The position numbers and the translations under genes were made by a program. Of a DNA stretch of 64,000 nucleotides, positions 1-12,883 are shown in pieces. The stretch lies in NCBI GenBank assembly GCA_973895155.1, contig OZ316894.1:5666944-5730943 (forward strand), in the 5' to 3' direction. The notes under the pieces were generated by a model. That model had not been told where the DNA came from. It saw nothing but the letters and a program-made list of their open reading frames with translations, and searched no databases. Source of the DNA: Marsupella aquatica (taxonomy: Eukaryota; Plantae; Marchantiophyta). Each line of letters starts with the position of its first letter. Position 1 is the first letter of the stretch.

Positions 1-519
1 AGCATATGCCAGAAATATGGAGGCTCAACCTTTAGTAGTACTAAAACTTTAATATCATGTGCTCAGGGCTCAAGCAGTAGCACAGCCAGCCTGAGTGACA
101 TTGCCATTAATGTGGCACTTCCAGGGATTTGTCCCTCCAACCCCAAGACAATGTCAATTACACAAAACTGGGAGAGAAACGCATGCCCAAACAAACAAAG
201 TGGGGGTGGTCTACCCTCAAGGACTCTCAAAGTCAATGACTTTGGAATTGTAACTATGCATGGAGTAGCAAATATCTTTTAGGGTTCAGTTTCCCAAAAT
301 GACTTCAGATAAAATTACATTGTGCCAATTTTAAAAGATTTAAACTAACAAATGGGTTGTTTGGGATCCGGGGATACCAAGAGTCGGAATTCTCCTTTAC
401 TTATTGGCATCATATTTAAAGATTTAAAATAAGGAATTATGATCTATTTCTGGTTCCAGGTTCATCTCACTGGGGTCTCATTGTATGGAGAATTGTCCAG
501 AATATTCTAATAATTTGAT

Positions 520-670
520 TAAAATTTTGATTAAAAACACCCTAATGTTCTTAGAAGTCTCAAAATTGGATTTAAAAGACCCTAATGTTCTTCCCAGAAA
601 ATTGTTAAGTCTTAGAACCAATAAAATGGCCTTATCCTTAGTCGCATGTGATGTGCCATTTTGGGGGAAA
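520..670 (-). repeat. Dispersed repeat; inverted copy at 25115-25290
   Basis: The reverse complement AAAATGGCACATCACATGCGACTAAGGATAAGGCCATTTTATTGGTTCTAAG..CAATTTTGAGACTT.TAAGAACATTAGG matches 25121-25258 closely. Confidence 0.85.
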
Positions 671-869
671 TTAAACGGCGGAGGTCCGTCTATCGATGGC
701 ACGGTCATCACTGCCAGATCCCATTTAAGCTATGATACCTTCATTTCAAGAGCTTTTGTCCTTGGAACCTGTCCATAGATCTCTAGGCTGACCACAGTGA
801 GCATAATTATGCACATTTCCACCCTATATAGCATCCTTGGCAAGGCATCTGCACCTCTTTCTAGGTTGT

Positions 870-1012
870 GCGGGTTTCCTTTTGCATTCCTCTTTCTAGG
901 TTTTGTAGGTTTCCTTTTGCACACTTTTTTTTGAGTTTGGTGTTTGTCTGCTTAATTTGGACCTCTTTGATTTGCTTGTTCCTCATTGTACTTTGTTTGG
1001 CCCTTTTTGTAA
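870..1012 (+). repeat. Old copy of the CRE-like element 3' UTR
   Basis: GGTTTCCTTTTGC(A/T)CACTT..TTTG(A/C)GTTTGGT..GGACCTCT..TGTACT.T.TTTGGCC aligns by eye with the reverse complement of 49195-49300. Confidence 0.75.
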
Positions 1013-3430
1013 ATCCACTTTAGTTGCCTTTTTCTTTAATTTGATTTAAGCATATGGAAACATTGTTTATGATGACTACACCATTGCCACTTACTTAATT
1101 TAGTAATAAGGGCACAATGAACTTGTAAAGATCATTATCATTGCTTCAAAGGTTGCCTCTATTGTTAACAAGCATCTATCTTCAATTACTCTCTCAGCTC
1201 TTTATGAAATTTGGCGTGATGAAAACCTTAAAGCTAGTTTGTTTCAAGAGTCTTAACATTACATTGTCTCCATTGATTCCAACATCATCAAGTTTTCTTC
1301 CAATAACAAGGACAATGGATTTCTAAAGATCACATCGCTTAGTTTGAAGATTGTGATTACCTATGCATCAGCAAGAATGTGTTTTCAATTATGGGTTCAA
1401 GTACTCTCTCATTGCTTGATGAAAATAGTCATGTTAGATAGTCATGATTAGAACCATCAATTTAGAAGGATCATGAACAGTTTTTTGAATGCGGGTTAGA
1501 TTTGAATGACTCCAACATCGCCAAGTTTGATCAAGAAGAAGGTGAGACACAAAAAAATAGACATGACAAATGAATCTAAGATCACTGTCATTGCTTCATT
1601 GATTTGTCCCTACCATCAGCAAGAATCTAAGTATGTTGAATTAGTCCCTCATCTCTCCATGAAACTAGTCTGGTACGTTTAGAACCATCATAAGCATTTT
1701 GAAAAATTCTTTCTAACGAAAGACTGTGACGTACAAGGCCAAAGTTTGTTGAGTAAGTAGGCTATGGTTAAGTTTCTAAAAGTGTCTAACATTGCACAAC
1801 TTAAGCTTAAATCTAGAGAACTTGACAAAAGTCTCCCGTGCAAAGACATTAGAGTACCATAACTTTACCTAAGCCCGTACCTAAGCCTATCAGTAAATCG
1901 TCTGAGTGGTCCAAATGGGCTTCTATTCATGCAAACAATATGTAGAAAAAAGTACTAATGGTCTAGGAATACAGGTATTTGGGTCAATTGTACAAAATTT
2001 CTTTACTAGTCATTTTTGCATTATTGGTGACTGTAATATAAAGCTATGCGTGTGAATCTTTGAGTGCAGTCCATCTGGTTGTGAAAGTCTATTCAATAAT
2101 TTTGAATACATTGAGGTCTCTACAGACTGCTTTTACCACAAAAAACACTTCAACAAAAATACATAAGTTTCATATTCATCTTTGATCTCCATGCAAGCAT
2201 ACCACTATACCACTTATAACAAGAAGCTTGATTTGCAAAATAGCTTATTCATTTCAAGTGAGACATGTCCATAAACTTGTGACTTTTGAATGTGTTGCTG
2301 CTTCGTTTGAAAATCTTTTGTACCCATCTTGGTTGCTAAAACAAAATCATGCAAATGTTTTATTTGCTCCGCTTTTGTCAGTTTGTACCACTCTTTTAAG
2401 AACGAGCCAAGCCTGGTTAAGCAAGTTTGCAGATGGATTCTACTTTGAAAACTTTCCCTCAATTCCCTTTATTGGGTTGCTTTGCCTTTGGGACCATGTC
2501 TCCCCGTTTGGCATTTTTGTTTTGTGGCACTTTCATGTATACAATTGCATGAAAGGATTCGCACCTTTGCAGATATATAGGTCTATTATTTAGAATTTAA
2601 AACAACCTACACTTAGGCCTAAACCAACTATTGCAATCAATGCATTGCAATAGACTAGCCCACAAAAGTGTACTCCGCCTAGGGAGGTGATCTAAACTCT
2701 GGCCACAAAAACACTGTCAGTTACCTACCAAGATCAAAGCTAGGTGGTTTAAATTGTGGCCACAAGCATAGTGCACAGGTCACAACTCAACTTTTACATG
2801 TTGAGACCCACCACTTATTGGAACCAAGGTATGTTTTAAGTGCAAAATTTTGCCAAATTTCACTAAACTAAGATTTTTCCCAATTTTTGGCTTAATTACA
2901 GTAGACAGTTCTTTTGTCTTGGATTCACCAATTTTCCATCTAGTCACAGATTGGCCTTATTAGCCAGAATCTGATGGTTCACACTAAATCTAGGGAGATC
3001 TAAGGGTCATAAATTAATAATAGAGTAGAGCTAGAAAGTGAATGGTCTTAGAATAGTTTACTTCACCGTTCCCCTTAACATTCACCACTGTTGCTAAATA
3101 GGAACAACCATAAGACCCCAAATAAGCTGATTGGGACCCACCAACTCCCACGTTGGCTTGGGCAAACCAATTAAGCTTACCCGGCTTCCCGAAGTCACCC
3201 TAAAACTAAGGGCTGGGATGAAATCTGAGTTAACTGCCTTGAGATAGACACACCGTTAATTGTAACTAATTAGTGTTACTCACACTAGTTCAAGAGCAGT
3301 CATTTTTGGACTCATGAAATAGAGTTACTAACACCAATTCTGTTATAGCTCTTATATTGCATACATGAATTAGTGTGACTTTGGACTCTAGAGTGTAAAT
3401 ATAGTGGAAAGAACAATTTTGAAAATCCAC

Positions 3431-4095
3431 AAGAATTAGTCAAGATCACTTATTTTTCACTAACATTTCAAACAAAAGTGGAAAAATAGTATTCTGAAGA
3501 AGTGGCAAACATTAGTGGTACTTTGGACTCAATGTCACTTTTCACCAATATTAGTGTTAGTAAGAATTGGTCAAGATCACCCATTTTTCACTAACATTTT
3601 ATTTCAGACAAGTGGAAACAGATTATTTTGAAAAACCAGCAAAAAGTTAATGCTACTTTGGACTCAATATCACTTTCACCAATATTAGTGTTAGTAAGAA
3701 CTAGTCAAGATCACCCATTTGTCACTAACATTTTATGGACAAAAGAAGAAAATTATTATTTTGAAAAACCTGCAAAAAATTAGTGCTACTTTGTACTCAA
3801 TATCACTTTCACCGATATTAGTGTTAGTAAGAATTGGTCAAGATCACCCTCTTTCACTAACATTTTGTTTAACACAAGTGGAAATATATTATTTTGAAAA
3901 ATAGGCAAAAACTAAGTGGCACTCTGGACTGAATATCACTTGCACCAAGATTAGTGTTAAGAAAGAATCAACCATTTTTCACTAACATCTTAAACAAAAG
4001 TGGAAACATAATATTTTGAAAAACTGCAAAAAACTAGTGCCTTAGTGGTACTTTGGACTCTGTTCACTTTCAACAACATTATTAAATGTTAGTAA
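3431..4095. repeat. Tandem repeat, ~132-bp unit, ~5 diverged copies
   Basis: AAGAA(T/C)T(A/G)GTCAAGATCAC recurs at about 3431, 3562, 3696 and 3829, with a degenerate copy at ~3963. Each unit also carries CACTAACA, ACTTTGGACTC and TTAGTGTTAG. Confidence 0.9.
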
Positions 4096-6245
4096 CGCTC
4101 ATTCTTGCCTAATTACTGTGTGAACAGTGTAGATTCTTGGTAACTCTCCGTGTAGACCTGGTCTTGGTCTTCAGCTGGTTCTAGCTTGCAGCTCTCATAC
4201 GCCTTCGACTCATGGAGTGAGTTCTCTTTGAATAGGATGTGGTTGGGCTCTTGCTGATCGGTGCGTACGCTGGATGTTTTGCTGGCATCGGGGTTCAATG
4301 GAAATTGTTTTGCCGTTCCGAAGTCAAGAGCAGGACTTAGCCCTTCCGAAGTCAAGAGCTGGACTTTGAAGTCCACTGCGGAAATCGAGGGCAAACGCTC
4401 TAATGAGGGAGATGAGAGAGCTTCTGGACCAGAATTTACGAGAGCCAATGATGGAAATTCGGTCAGCGACCACCCCAAGATTCCGAAGTTGCGCCGTACG
4501 TACTGGGCCATGCGGTCCATGCGGAGCTTGATAGATATTGACGTCCCCGGACTCGACTTAATAAAATGGCAGACAGGCCCCACAGATGTGTAAACTTCAC
4601 ACGCCACCAAAATTTCAAAACGAAATAAGTTTGGACGATGTTCAGGGCCACTACAGTAGCTCAAAGCCCCATTTACAGCTTGCCGAATTACAGTGGATTC
4701 ACGATCTGTAATTCCCGAACTTTTGATCCTGCTAAATGTCAGAAATCACTCTCGAGCAATGATCTATTGAAAGGAAATCCAACACCAAAATGATTCAATC
4801 AAAAAGCTACTGGGTGTCATCTCTCATGAGTTGACAGGTACAGGTCAGCCACCTATAAGTAGTACTTAGGGAAATTTGAGAGCAACGTACTGCCTTCTTG
4901 CTGGTGCTGACTAGACATTGAAATTTTTATTAAAGCCAGCCAGAGCTAATCTGAAACCTTCCAGCATTGGATCTCAAAAAGCCTAAATATACCGTATCAC
5001 AGATCCATTGTACCCTCCCATGCAACCTCCCGCCCCACTCTTGGACTTGTTTATGGTGACACAACTTTGGGGGCACCAGCTGCGCACCTTCCCAAGACAG
5101 GCCTTAGTTTTCAACGATTGAACAGTGATAACGGGCTTGTTGATGGTCACAAGACTGTTGGTTCACACGAGATATTTTCTCTTGACCACCCGAAGACTGG
5201 ATTTCAATTATTTACGATAGCATTGAATCGGGATCATTGTTTTGCCATCGAATTGCCACCCCATGGTTTAACTTCAAGCTAGTCAGCAGAAATTCTCTTC
5301 GCGGTGTCCCTGTACTCCAGATCGATTGTCACCGGCTGCGCAGCTTCCAAACCAGCTCGTAGTTTCAACGTTTGAAGACAAACAGTAAATTAAACAATGT
5401 GTTTGTTTTGTGGAATTTGTAGTACCAAAAGCCAGCCACAATACTATTTGTTGGCCACTATATGGCCAACAAAGCAGAATCCCAGAAAGTGGAACAATCC
5501 TAACTAAAGTAGGAAACTTTCGTAAAAGAGACTTGGATACTTTGCCGAGTTTGTAATCCCTTTGTGTGACACTTGCACTGCCTCAATTTCCAAACGTTGT
5601 TTATCTCCAGTCCGCACCTCCACTGGATAGAGTATTGCTTGCATGCATTCCCAAGCCCATAACCGGGCCCAGAACTTGGAGACAGTATATATATCGCCCT
5701 TACCTGTCTTTCAGGTGGCTCCTTCACCAGACAATGTATCACCAGCATGGGTCTGAACTCCCTGAACGTGGATACTTGCGTCAGCTGACTCAGGCTACAC
5801 CAGACACTTGAGTTTATTAGAGAAGCTTTGCTCTTCAGTTTTCTTGTGTACCCTTTGGGATTCGGGACTGCCTTTCTAGCCCACTTTTATTGTCTAGTAA
5901 TTTTGATCACGTAGTTTGACAATAATTGGGTTTCAGCTTATGTACACCTACACGTAACCATTGCACAAATTCATAGAAACAGTGTTTAAAAAGGAGATAA
6001 TTTTCTTCTTCTCAAGGTCAGTGACGTGCATCGATGATACGGATGGCGGCCGTCTCTGCAGATGGGCCCGGCCCCGGTAGTTAGTCAAGAGTCTTGGGCT
6101 GGGGCCGATGGCAGGTCTTGCACGTTCAAAGGGTGAGGAAGGTGGACCGCAGGTCAAAAACTTTGTTGGATATGGGAATCGGACCTTCAATCCGATCAGG
6201 AAACGCTTCAGTTCCAGAACGGTAGATGCGGTGAGGAATCCTGGC

Positions 6246-6346
6246 TATAAAAGGCCTTCAGAGAAAGAATTCCTCTGAGCTGTGGATCGGCACCTCCGTC
6301 TCGTCATTCCACTGGATCGCGTGGGCTGCTCGTCTCAGCGGTGAGT
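6246..6346 (+). promoter_or_regulatory. Candidate TATA box, short first exon and splice donor
   Basis: TATAAAAGG at 6246 and CG|GTGAGT donor at 6341; AATAAA at 7855-7860 lies downstream of the F-box remnant. Confidence 0.45.
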
Positions 6347-7018
6347 GGAGTGGTCACTTCTTCGCTGCTGTACTTCAATGTCTCGTTCTTGTATTGTCCC
6401 TTCGCCGTCAGTCTGATTTCGAGTGTTGCATTTGCTTCTCTAGAGTTCGACTTCAGTACGACCTTGGCAATTTATGTACTGGCTTCAGGAAAAGCAACGA
6501 TGCTTGCCGTTACGGATAGTGGAACATGATTATTAGGAGTAATCACGGGCTCAGTTTTGGATGCTCGTTTTTGTTAAGCAATTGTATACCAAAGATATCT
6601 CATTCTTCGTGAATTCGTGCTTTGGTGGCCTTAGAATACAAGAAAGTAGCTAGATATTTGTGTATTCGAGGCCCATCCGCGTCCTTACCAAATTTGCAGC
6701 GCCCCTGCAACAGAGAAAGTCCTCTCTTCGAAGAAGTGGCTTACCAGGCTGTCAGTAAGTGGTTGATATTCCAAATTTCCAACCCTATAGATTTTCGAAA
6801 TGCACTCTGGATGTCATCGCAGCGGATGTCATGCACACGAAGGTTGGAGATTGAAGACTTTAGGAAAACGAGATAGAGCAAGGTGACGAGCGACTTGGGC
6901 TACAGAAATTGACGGACTGATCCACTGTTGTTGTGCCCATAGCCAGGTGAGCTGACAGATCAACCGATTTGGACCCGTGTAGATCGAGGCAATCAGCATA
7001 TATACGTGACTGGCAAGA

Positions 7019-7660
7019 ATGGCGTGCAAGAAGCTGAAGAACAAGCTCGAGAACAAGCACCCTTCGCTGAAATACCACAAGACGTACTCAAACGAACATG
7101 AGGCTACCAACTGCTGGCATGTGCAGACAGCAGCGAAGCACCACAATGTAAGCCTGGTCCAACTGGCTAGGCTCTTGGCCGGGGGCATCAACCTTGTCAG
7201 TGCCATCGTCAGCCTGGCAGCGTTCGTGTAGGCTTCAGCTGATGGCGGGCGTCCCTGCCTGCCTGCCACCTCGAATGGAAGCAGGACTGGACGAGTTGCG
7301 ATCGACCTCGCAAGCCAGATTAGACCTGGCCCGCCAGTCCAAGAGGGGCGAGCCTCTTGTGGTACAGGTATGGTAGAGGTGTGATATGTATCGGTGTTCT
7401 TCGCTGGACCTAGGACATGCATGCCGACTTCCTTGGGAGTACACATGGTGGAGTTGTGAATTTCCGCATTGAGCAAGTGTAACCGTGAGAAGTTGAGGAG
7501 CTCCTGCATGCGTTTGTATATTTGTAAGAACACGAGGTATACTTGTATTGTGGAGGCGTGGAGCGAAGTGAATGCATTCAGCCTGAGCACTACTAACTGA
7601 GGTTGGGCAGCACGTTGAGCATTTCATAGGTCTTACTAGCTTCTCATTCCAGTCAGCCTG
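7019..7660 (+). pseudogene. Degraded F-box/kelch-type gene
   Basis: Motifs occur in the expected order across frameshifts and stops: PFAEIPQDVLKR..RLPTAGMCR (F-box-like, from 7061), V*ASADGG (7226-7250), EVNAFSLSTTN*GW, and terminal FSFQ.SL (7641-7660). Confidence 0.5.
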
Positions 7661-8099
7661 AGCATTTCTGGGGTTGGAAGCACGGTTTGCAATTCTGAGG
7701 TCTTTTCTAGGATTTCATTCCAGCCAGGAACTCGATGCATGAATTGATTCTGGAAGCTGAGACAGTCGGAATTAAAGAGGAGGAAAAGTTTGAAGATCCG
7801 TCTGAGGTCTGACAGTCGATCAGGGCTCTAGCATTGTACACCATGTAAGTAACCAATAAAATGTTTGGTTTGTATACATATTATGAGCTTTCATCCAGTG
7901 TAATATTGCAAACTGCGATTCTTTATGGTGAGCTACTCTTTCCTTGGTTTAATTTGAAACGAGTCGTATGACTGAGTCATTCCAAACCTCCAGGGGTGCA
8001 ACACTGGGCTGTGCCATTGAATCCTTCCTGAAGGCCACACGAGGAGGCCCTTAGTTTGTTCTAGGAGCCACCAAATGGCTTGATAGGCCAACAAAACGT

Positions 8100-8790
8100 T
8101 TTCAACTTCATAAATGCAATGTAAAGAGCTGTTGAATTATGTCCAACTGATGGATCAAATGCAATGAACTACTGTGTTCCCGGCCAATGCAATCTGGTAC
8201 TGATGTTGAACAATGGTATCGAGGGCATTTCTAGCCACCATAAACCGGCCAACGATCTGCACGAGCCCCACGCATGCAATGACAATAGTATAGTAATTCT
8301 AGGCACAATTAAATTGCCCGTTGAGATGTAGCTAAGGAAGTTTTCCACATTTAGCTCTGTTTGGGAGATGCTTCTCATGTAGATGAATTTGAAGATATCC
8401 TCCGTTTTAGTAATACTTGTTACATTATATCCTTGGTGTGGTTCCTCTGGATCGTGTGCTACGCGCACGCTCTGTACCAGCAATGATTCCCAATAACCTC
8501 CTGAATTTCTTTCGTGCCAAAAGACATGTAGTTTAGACTCAGGTTACCCTAGATAAGTCCCATGAAATCCTGTTCAGGCTTAATGCTCAATCTGTGTCGG
8601 GATCGGCAGGCCCATTTCCAACAGCCCCACATGTAACAAACTGATAATGCCCTTGTATCCCCCGTGACAAGGCTGACATTTTACTCACGCTGGGCTGATA
8701 GTAATACTGTTTATAGGTCTGAGGGAAGATAAGATTCTGTCCGAGCACATGCGGAAGAACATATCCATTGGAATGAATCCGATGGCTGGA
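8100..8790 (-). pseudogene. Second degraded F-box-like gene, convergent with the first
   Basis: Minus strand 8757-8721 reads LPHVL/(frameshift)DRILSSL, then ..SVSK; downstream are SLAGLWWL and FIAFDPS. Frameshifts and stops are present. Confidence 0.35.
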
Positions 8791-10530
8791 AACAGAACAC
8801 ACATCATTTTAAGATTTTTCCGCCCAAAGTCTCTTTGTTGTTTACCATAACGCGGCCACTAGATGGACTTCAGCAGCTTGCATCAGCAGCCACGCTCTCC
8901 TTTCGCGCAAGAAGGGGAAAAATTGGGAAAAGTCGGCTGTACTGCTCCTCCCATTAATGATGTAGGACCAGGAATCTTCGATTTTTCGTTTGTTTGTTCA
9001 TTTTATAGTGACAGCCTATTGTTTCTCGTCACGTGACGACTTACGTTTAATTAACAATCTCGGACAAATTATGTGCAACCGGAAAATTTGAAGAGATTCC
9101 TTCTTTCATGAACCCAATAAAAACCAAAAGAACCAAGTTCCTCTGGAGCGAGTTCTGGAGTGGATTGTCGTCAATTTCAAATCAAAGGCTCTCCGGAATA
9201 TGAAGGTATCATTGCATTGCAGAGGTACACGCAAATTGATCATTCCACGTGCTGGAGACAGGCGTGCACGCACCGAACAAAACTTGTGTTCGAGAGAGGG
9301 CGATATGGACCTTCTGACGTTATCCATCTTTCCTATCCACCTTGGCTATGCGGCGGGCATACACGTCTCATACTGTTTGGCGTCAAATGTGTATGAAATG
9401 AGACGAAGTCTACGGAATTGACTGTTGGATTTCTTTGAATTCGTGCTTTGGAGGATAGACACAAACATCAACCCTGATGGTACGTGCAGAAATTCTAAAC
9501 TGACCACCAGGCAAAAGATTGCTTGCGATAGCCCACATTTCAAGTGCTAGTTCTCAGACCGCAGTGTATTACAAACACTCAGTAGAAACGGTGAGTGACA
9601 ACATTCACCTAAATTTACTGTTTCAAATGACTGACAACCGCTCAACCTTCTTCTTGACCAGGTCTTTGTGTAGCCGAAGGAACATTTGCCCATACACTGG
9701 CTAGAGAAACATTTCCCACATGTATCACCTTTTAACCATCTTGAACAAGTCTCCGCTCAAGGTCATCGCCACTTGCACTGCTACTTGAAATCCCACGGGG
9801 AGTGCTTTTGGGGCAAAACTTTCATTGGGACCGATAGATTTGTCTAAAAACCAAGGAAAAATAACTGTCAGTGGTATCCAGTTTCTCGGTACATGATACA
9901 ATTTTATAGGTCGTACATCTACTGTAAGTTTCGAGTACCACGTAGGAATCACATCAAAAGGTATGTACACCACAGCATTGCAGAAGGTACCGTAGACTTG
10001 TAGTACCACATGAGACTGAATGTATGCTGATGATTAAAAATCATATTTGCAGGAAATTCTCAACGTTCTCTCAGCACATGGAGTAGGTATCTCACGACAA
10101 CAGCTACTCTCTGTGGCCCATCTCCAGCTGTGAAAGACTTTCTTGAATCTGATTCCACAACACAATAATGCCTACGTTACAGAAAAACGAAAGGTCTTGA
10201 CCACATCTTTCGGGACAAAATAGTATGAAATGGCCCTAAACCCTGCTCTGAAGCCGAGAAATATGCTGGATACCTGTGTCCTGCAATTTCTAACTTCTAC
10301 TTCAATCCGATCCGAGTTCCGCATAGATGTGTTGGACATGTCATGAAATTTACAAATTGCTCAACCACTGTAGGGACATATACCAAGTACAAGGTTCAAT
10401 ATGTTACATTCTGTTGTCCCGAGGAGAGAACGGATGACTAACCAAAGCAGTGAATCCCATTCGTCTTGTTGGGTTCTGCAATAATGATACGAAGAAAAGA
10501 TAGCTTTCAAAGCTGCACGAGGGCGTACAA

Positions 10531-12883
10531 TCAAGGTTCAGTAAAATCTTTTGGTTGGAACCCGTCTCCAAGTGCAGCTTTGGACGGGTCTTTCAGAAAC
10601 TGGTTCTCTGCGTTTTCACTATGGTACACACAATTGATTTCTGGGGCTTGGCGTAAGTCTCCAACAAATCCAAACGTATTGAAGTTTCGCTTACAATCCC
10701 GAACTTCTTCCGAATTTACCAGATTCCGTGACTCAAGTACTCTCCAGTTGCTTTGCCTCAAGACACATCCTGGTTTTACTTCTGCTTGAGAAACATATAC
10801 ATTGAATCTGCGAAGGCAAAAGTAGAATTCGTTAAGCATTTTGTCATTTGAGTTCATCACCTGCATTGCAAGGAAGTGAAAGGCCCAACGTTTCCCAGCT
10901 GCCCCGACTTAACATGCATGGATACAAACGACAGAAGGTAAGAACACAAGATTGGACGAAACCTAACATGTCGAGGGCTTGGAGCTTGATAGACGGACCA
11001 CAAAATAATGCTTCCCTTTCAGACAGACGAAGCAAAATCAACCAGTGCCATGAACTACCCAAGGTGCTTCCAAATCTCTGCTGAAGACTCAGGAGGCAGA
11101 CAAATGACAGGTTCAGGCACAGGGAAAGGTTTTACGGTAAGAGTGCTTACGGATTGAAGGTAATAAAGAGTCGTTGATCGAGTACCATAGCACTCATCCC
11201 GTTTGCTATGCACACATCAGGGTTGGGAGTCTGCCGATCGATGACTTCTCGTGACGCCACATTGCTGGGTTCAATGTTCACCACGGTATCCAATGCAATG
11301 CCTGCTCCCATCCCCAGAATGAACAGACCCGCCAGGACATACTTGTTGCTTGGAACCCAAGGAGCAGGAGGTGGTGCTCCAGCAGGACCTCTACCGTTGT
11401 TTCGAGCAAAGTATCCACCACCACCACCTGCACCATTCCCTCTTGAAGGAGAAGATTCTCTTCGCCTTACTTTATAGAGCGAAGGTAGATCCTCAAGGTC
11501 AGTATCATCTAAGTCTGGTATTGGTGCTCTAGGTGAGCTCCTGGTCGGTGGAAATTCATCTGGGGAGCGAGGCTCCCGCCTTTTATCCTCCCTCGACCTT
11601 AGTGCACGTACTGAAAGTAGATATCTAGGGTGGTAGGAGACCCCGCATAAGCCTGCTGCACCAGAGGAAGAATGCCTTCTGTGAAGGTAACCATATGTCA
11701 GTATCAAAGCGGCGAACCAAGCTTGTCTGAAAAGGGACCGGTAACAGGAGGAATGCAAGAAAAGCAGAGCTTTTCAAGGACAAAAACAGGGAAACCATAC
11801 AAGTCTGGATACGCTGACATCCTAAACTTCAGTGACCTGAAACTAAATTTCTCATATATGCATGGTCATTGTCCTCCAAACGAACAAGAACCATTCTGCT
11901 GGAGAAGGGAAGTCATCGACGACAGTTTGGTGTGAGAAACTGAATGCCTCTCAGAAATTCCTGACTAAAGCCGCGAAACCATGAAAAAGTTCCCACTCCC
12001 GAAATGCTCAACTTCTGCGTGTCTGGAAAGGATCTCTTCAAAATAAGTGCAATTAGGTCGACCCATAAGACTGCATCAGCAAAGAGCATTTCGTCGTGGG
12101 TCTAATGCTTGAATTTGTGACTATCTAGCAACCTCCTGTACTGATTCTTTGTTTTGGGTCTAATGCTTGACTATCTAGCAACCTCCTGTACTGATTCTTT
12201 GTTGTGGGTCTAATGCTTGACTGCGTGACGATCTAGCTCCTGCCTTGATTCACTTGTAACACGGTATTGCACGCCAGAAAAGTAGGACATCTCTACGATA
12301 TATTTCTTGACAGGCTTTGCAAGATTCCTGAGTACCTCAACCACTGGCAGCTAAGGACGGGAACCACAAAAAGGCCCAGACATGCAGTCGGTGCTTCTAG
12401 CGTCCCAGCGGTGACAATTAGGATTCGCCGGTGCATTAATTTGTGGTGACATAACTGGAACAGAACATTCCTACCTACGTTACCTCTTGTAAGCAGTAAT
12501 TCGGAATTGGACAGATTACGACTCTAGATGAAGTTCACATTTAGGTATTACCTCTGGACTCATCCATCTCCTAACCGGAAGCAGAGAGACCCTGAGCAGA
12601 ATACATAATTTATTTATTCTACAGATTCGAATTTTTCATTATGAAATGATTTCCATCCAGAGACCTCTCAGCAGAACTTTGCTCACTTCATCTCCAAAAC
12701 GAGTTCAAATCCAGTGGTCGGAGAGACTAACCCTCTTCTGAATTCCTTGGATGACCCAGCTGTGGTCGCCCATCGATTGCCTCTCCTATGGACACCATAA
12801 GAAGTCGAGAGCTGAGACCGAAACAATCCACAGCGCAGACCTTCGACACTCGGCACCGGATTCACGCAGATCCGCACGATCAT
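10531..12883 (-). CDS. DUF3172-family protein (cyanobacterial-type), probably plastid-targeted; 3 exons: 12883-12687, 11678-11151, 10807-10531 (1002 nt, 333 aa)
   Basis: Splice sites are canonical and phase-consistent: ...ATG AA|gtgagc (donor 12686) joins ...cacag|A AGG (exon 2 starts 11678), and ...AAT CC|gtaag (donor 11150) joins ...cgcag|A TTC AAT (exon 3 starts 10807). The spliced protein has an S/R/G-rich N-terminus (MIVRICVNPVPSVEGLRCGLFRSQLSTSYG...), one hydrophobic helix (YVLAGLFILGMGAGIAL), then NVASREVIDRQTPNPDVC...MVLDQRLFITFNPFNVYVSQAEVKPGCVLRQSNW...CKRNFNTFGFVGDL...CVYHSENAENQFL, which I recognise as DUF3172-like. Confidence 0.88.
12095..12222. repeat. Short tandem duplication (~49 bp, 2.3 copies) in DUF3172 intron 1
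   Basis: GGGTCTAATGCTTGA..CTATCTAGCAACCTCCTGTACTGATTCTTTGTT is repeated. Confidence 0.85.

Noticed and set aside
6829-7590. 253-aa minus-strand ORF as a gene
   Set aside because: No recognisable domain; it is antisense to the F-box-like remnant, whose promoter and poly(A) signals are on +.
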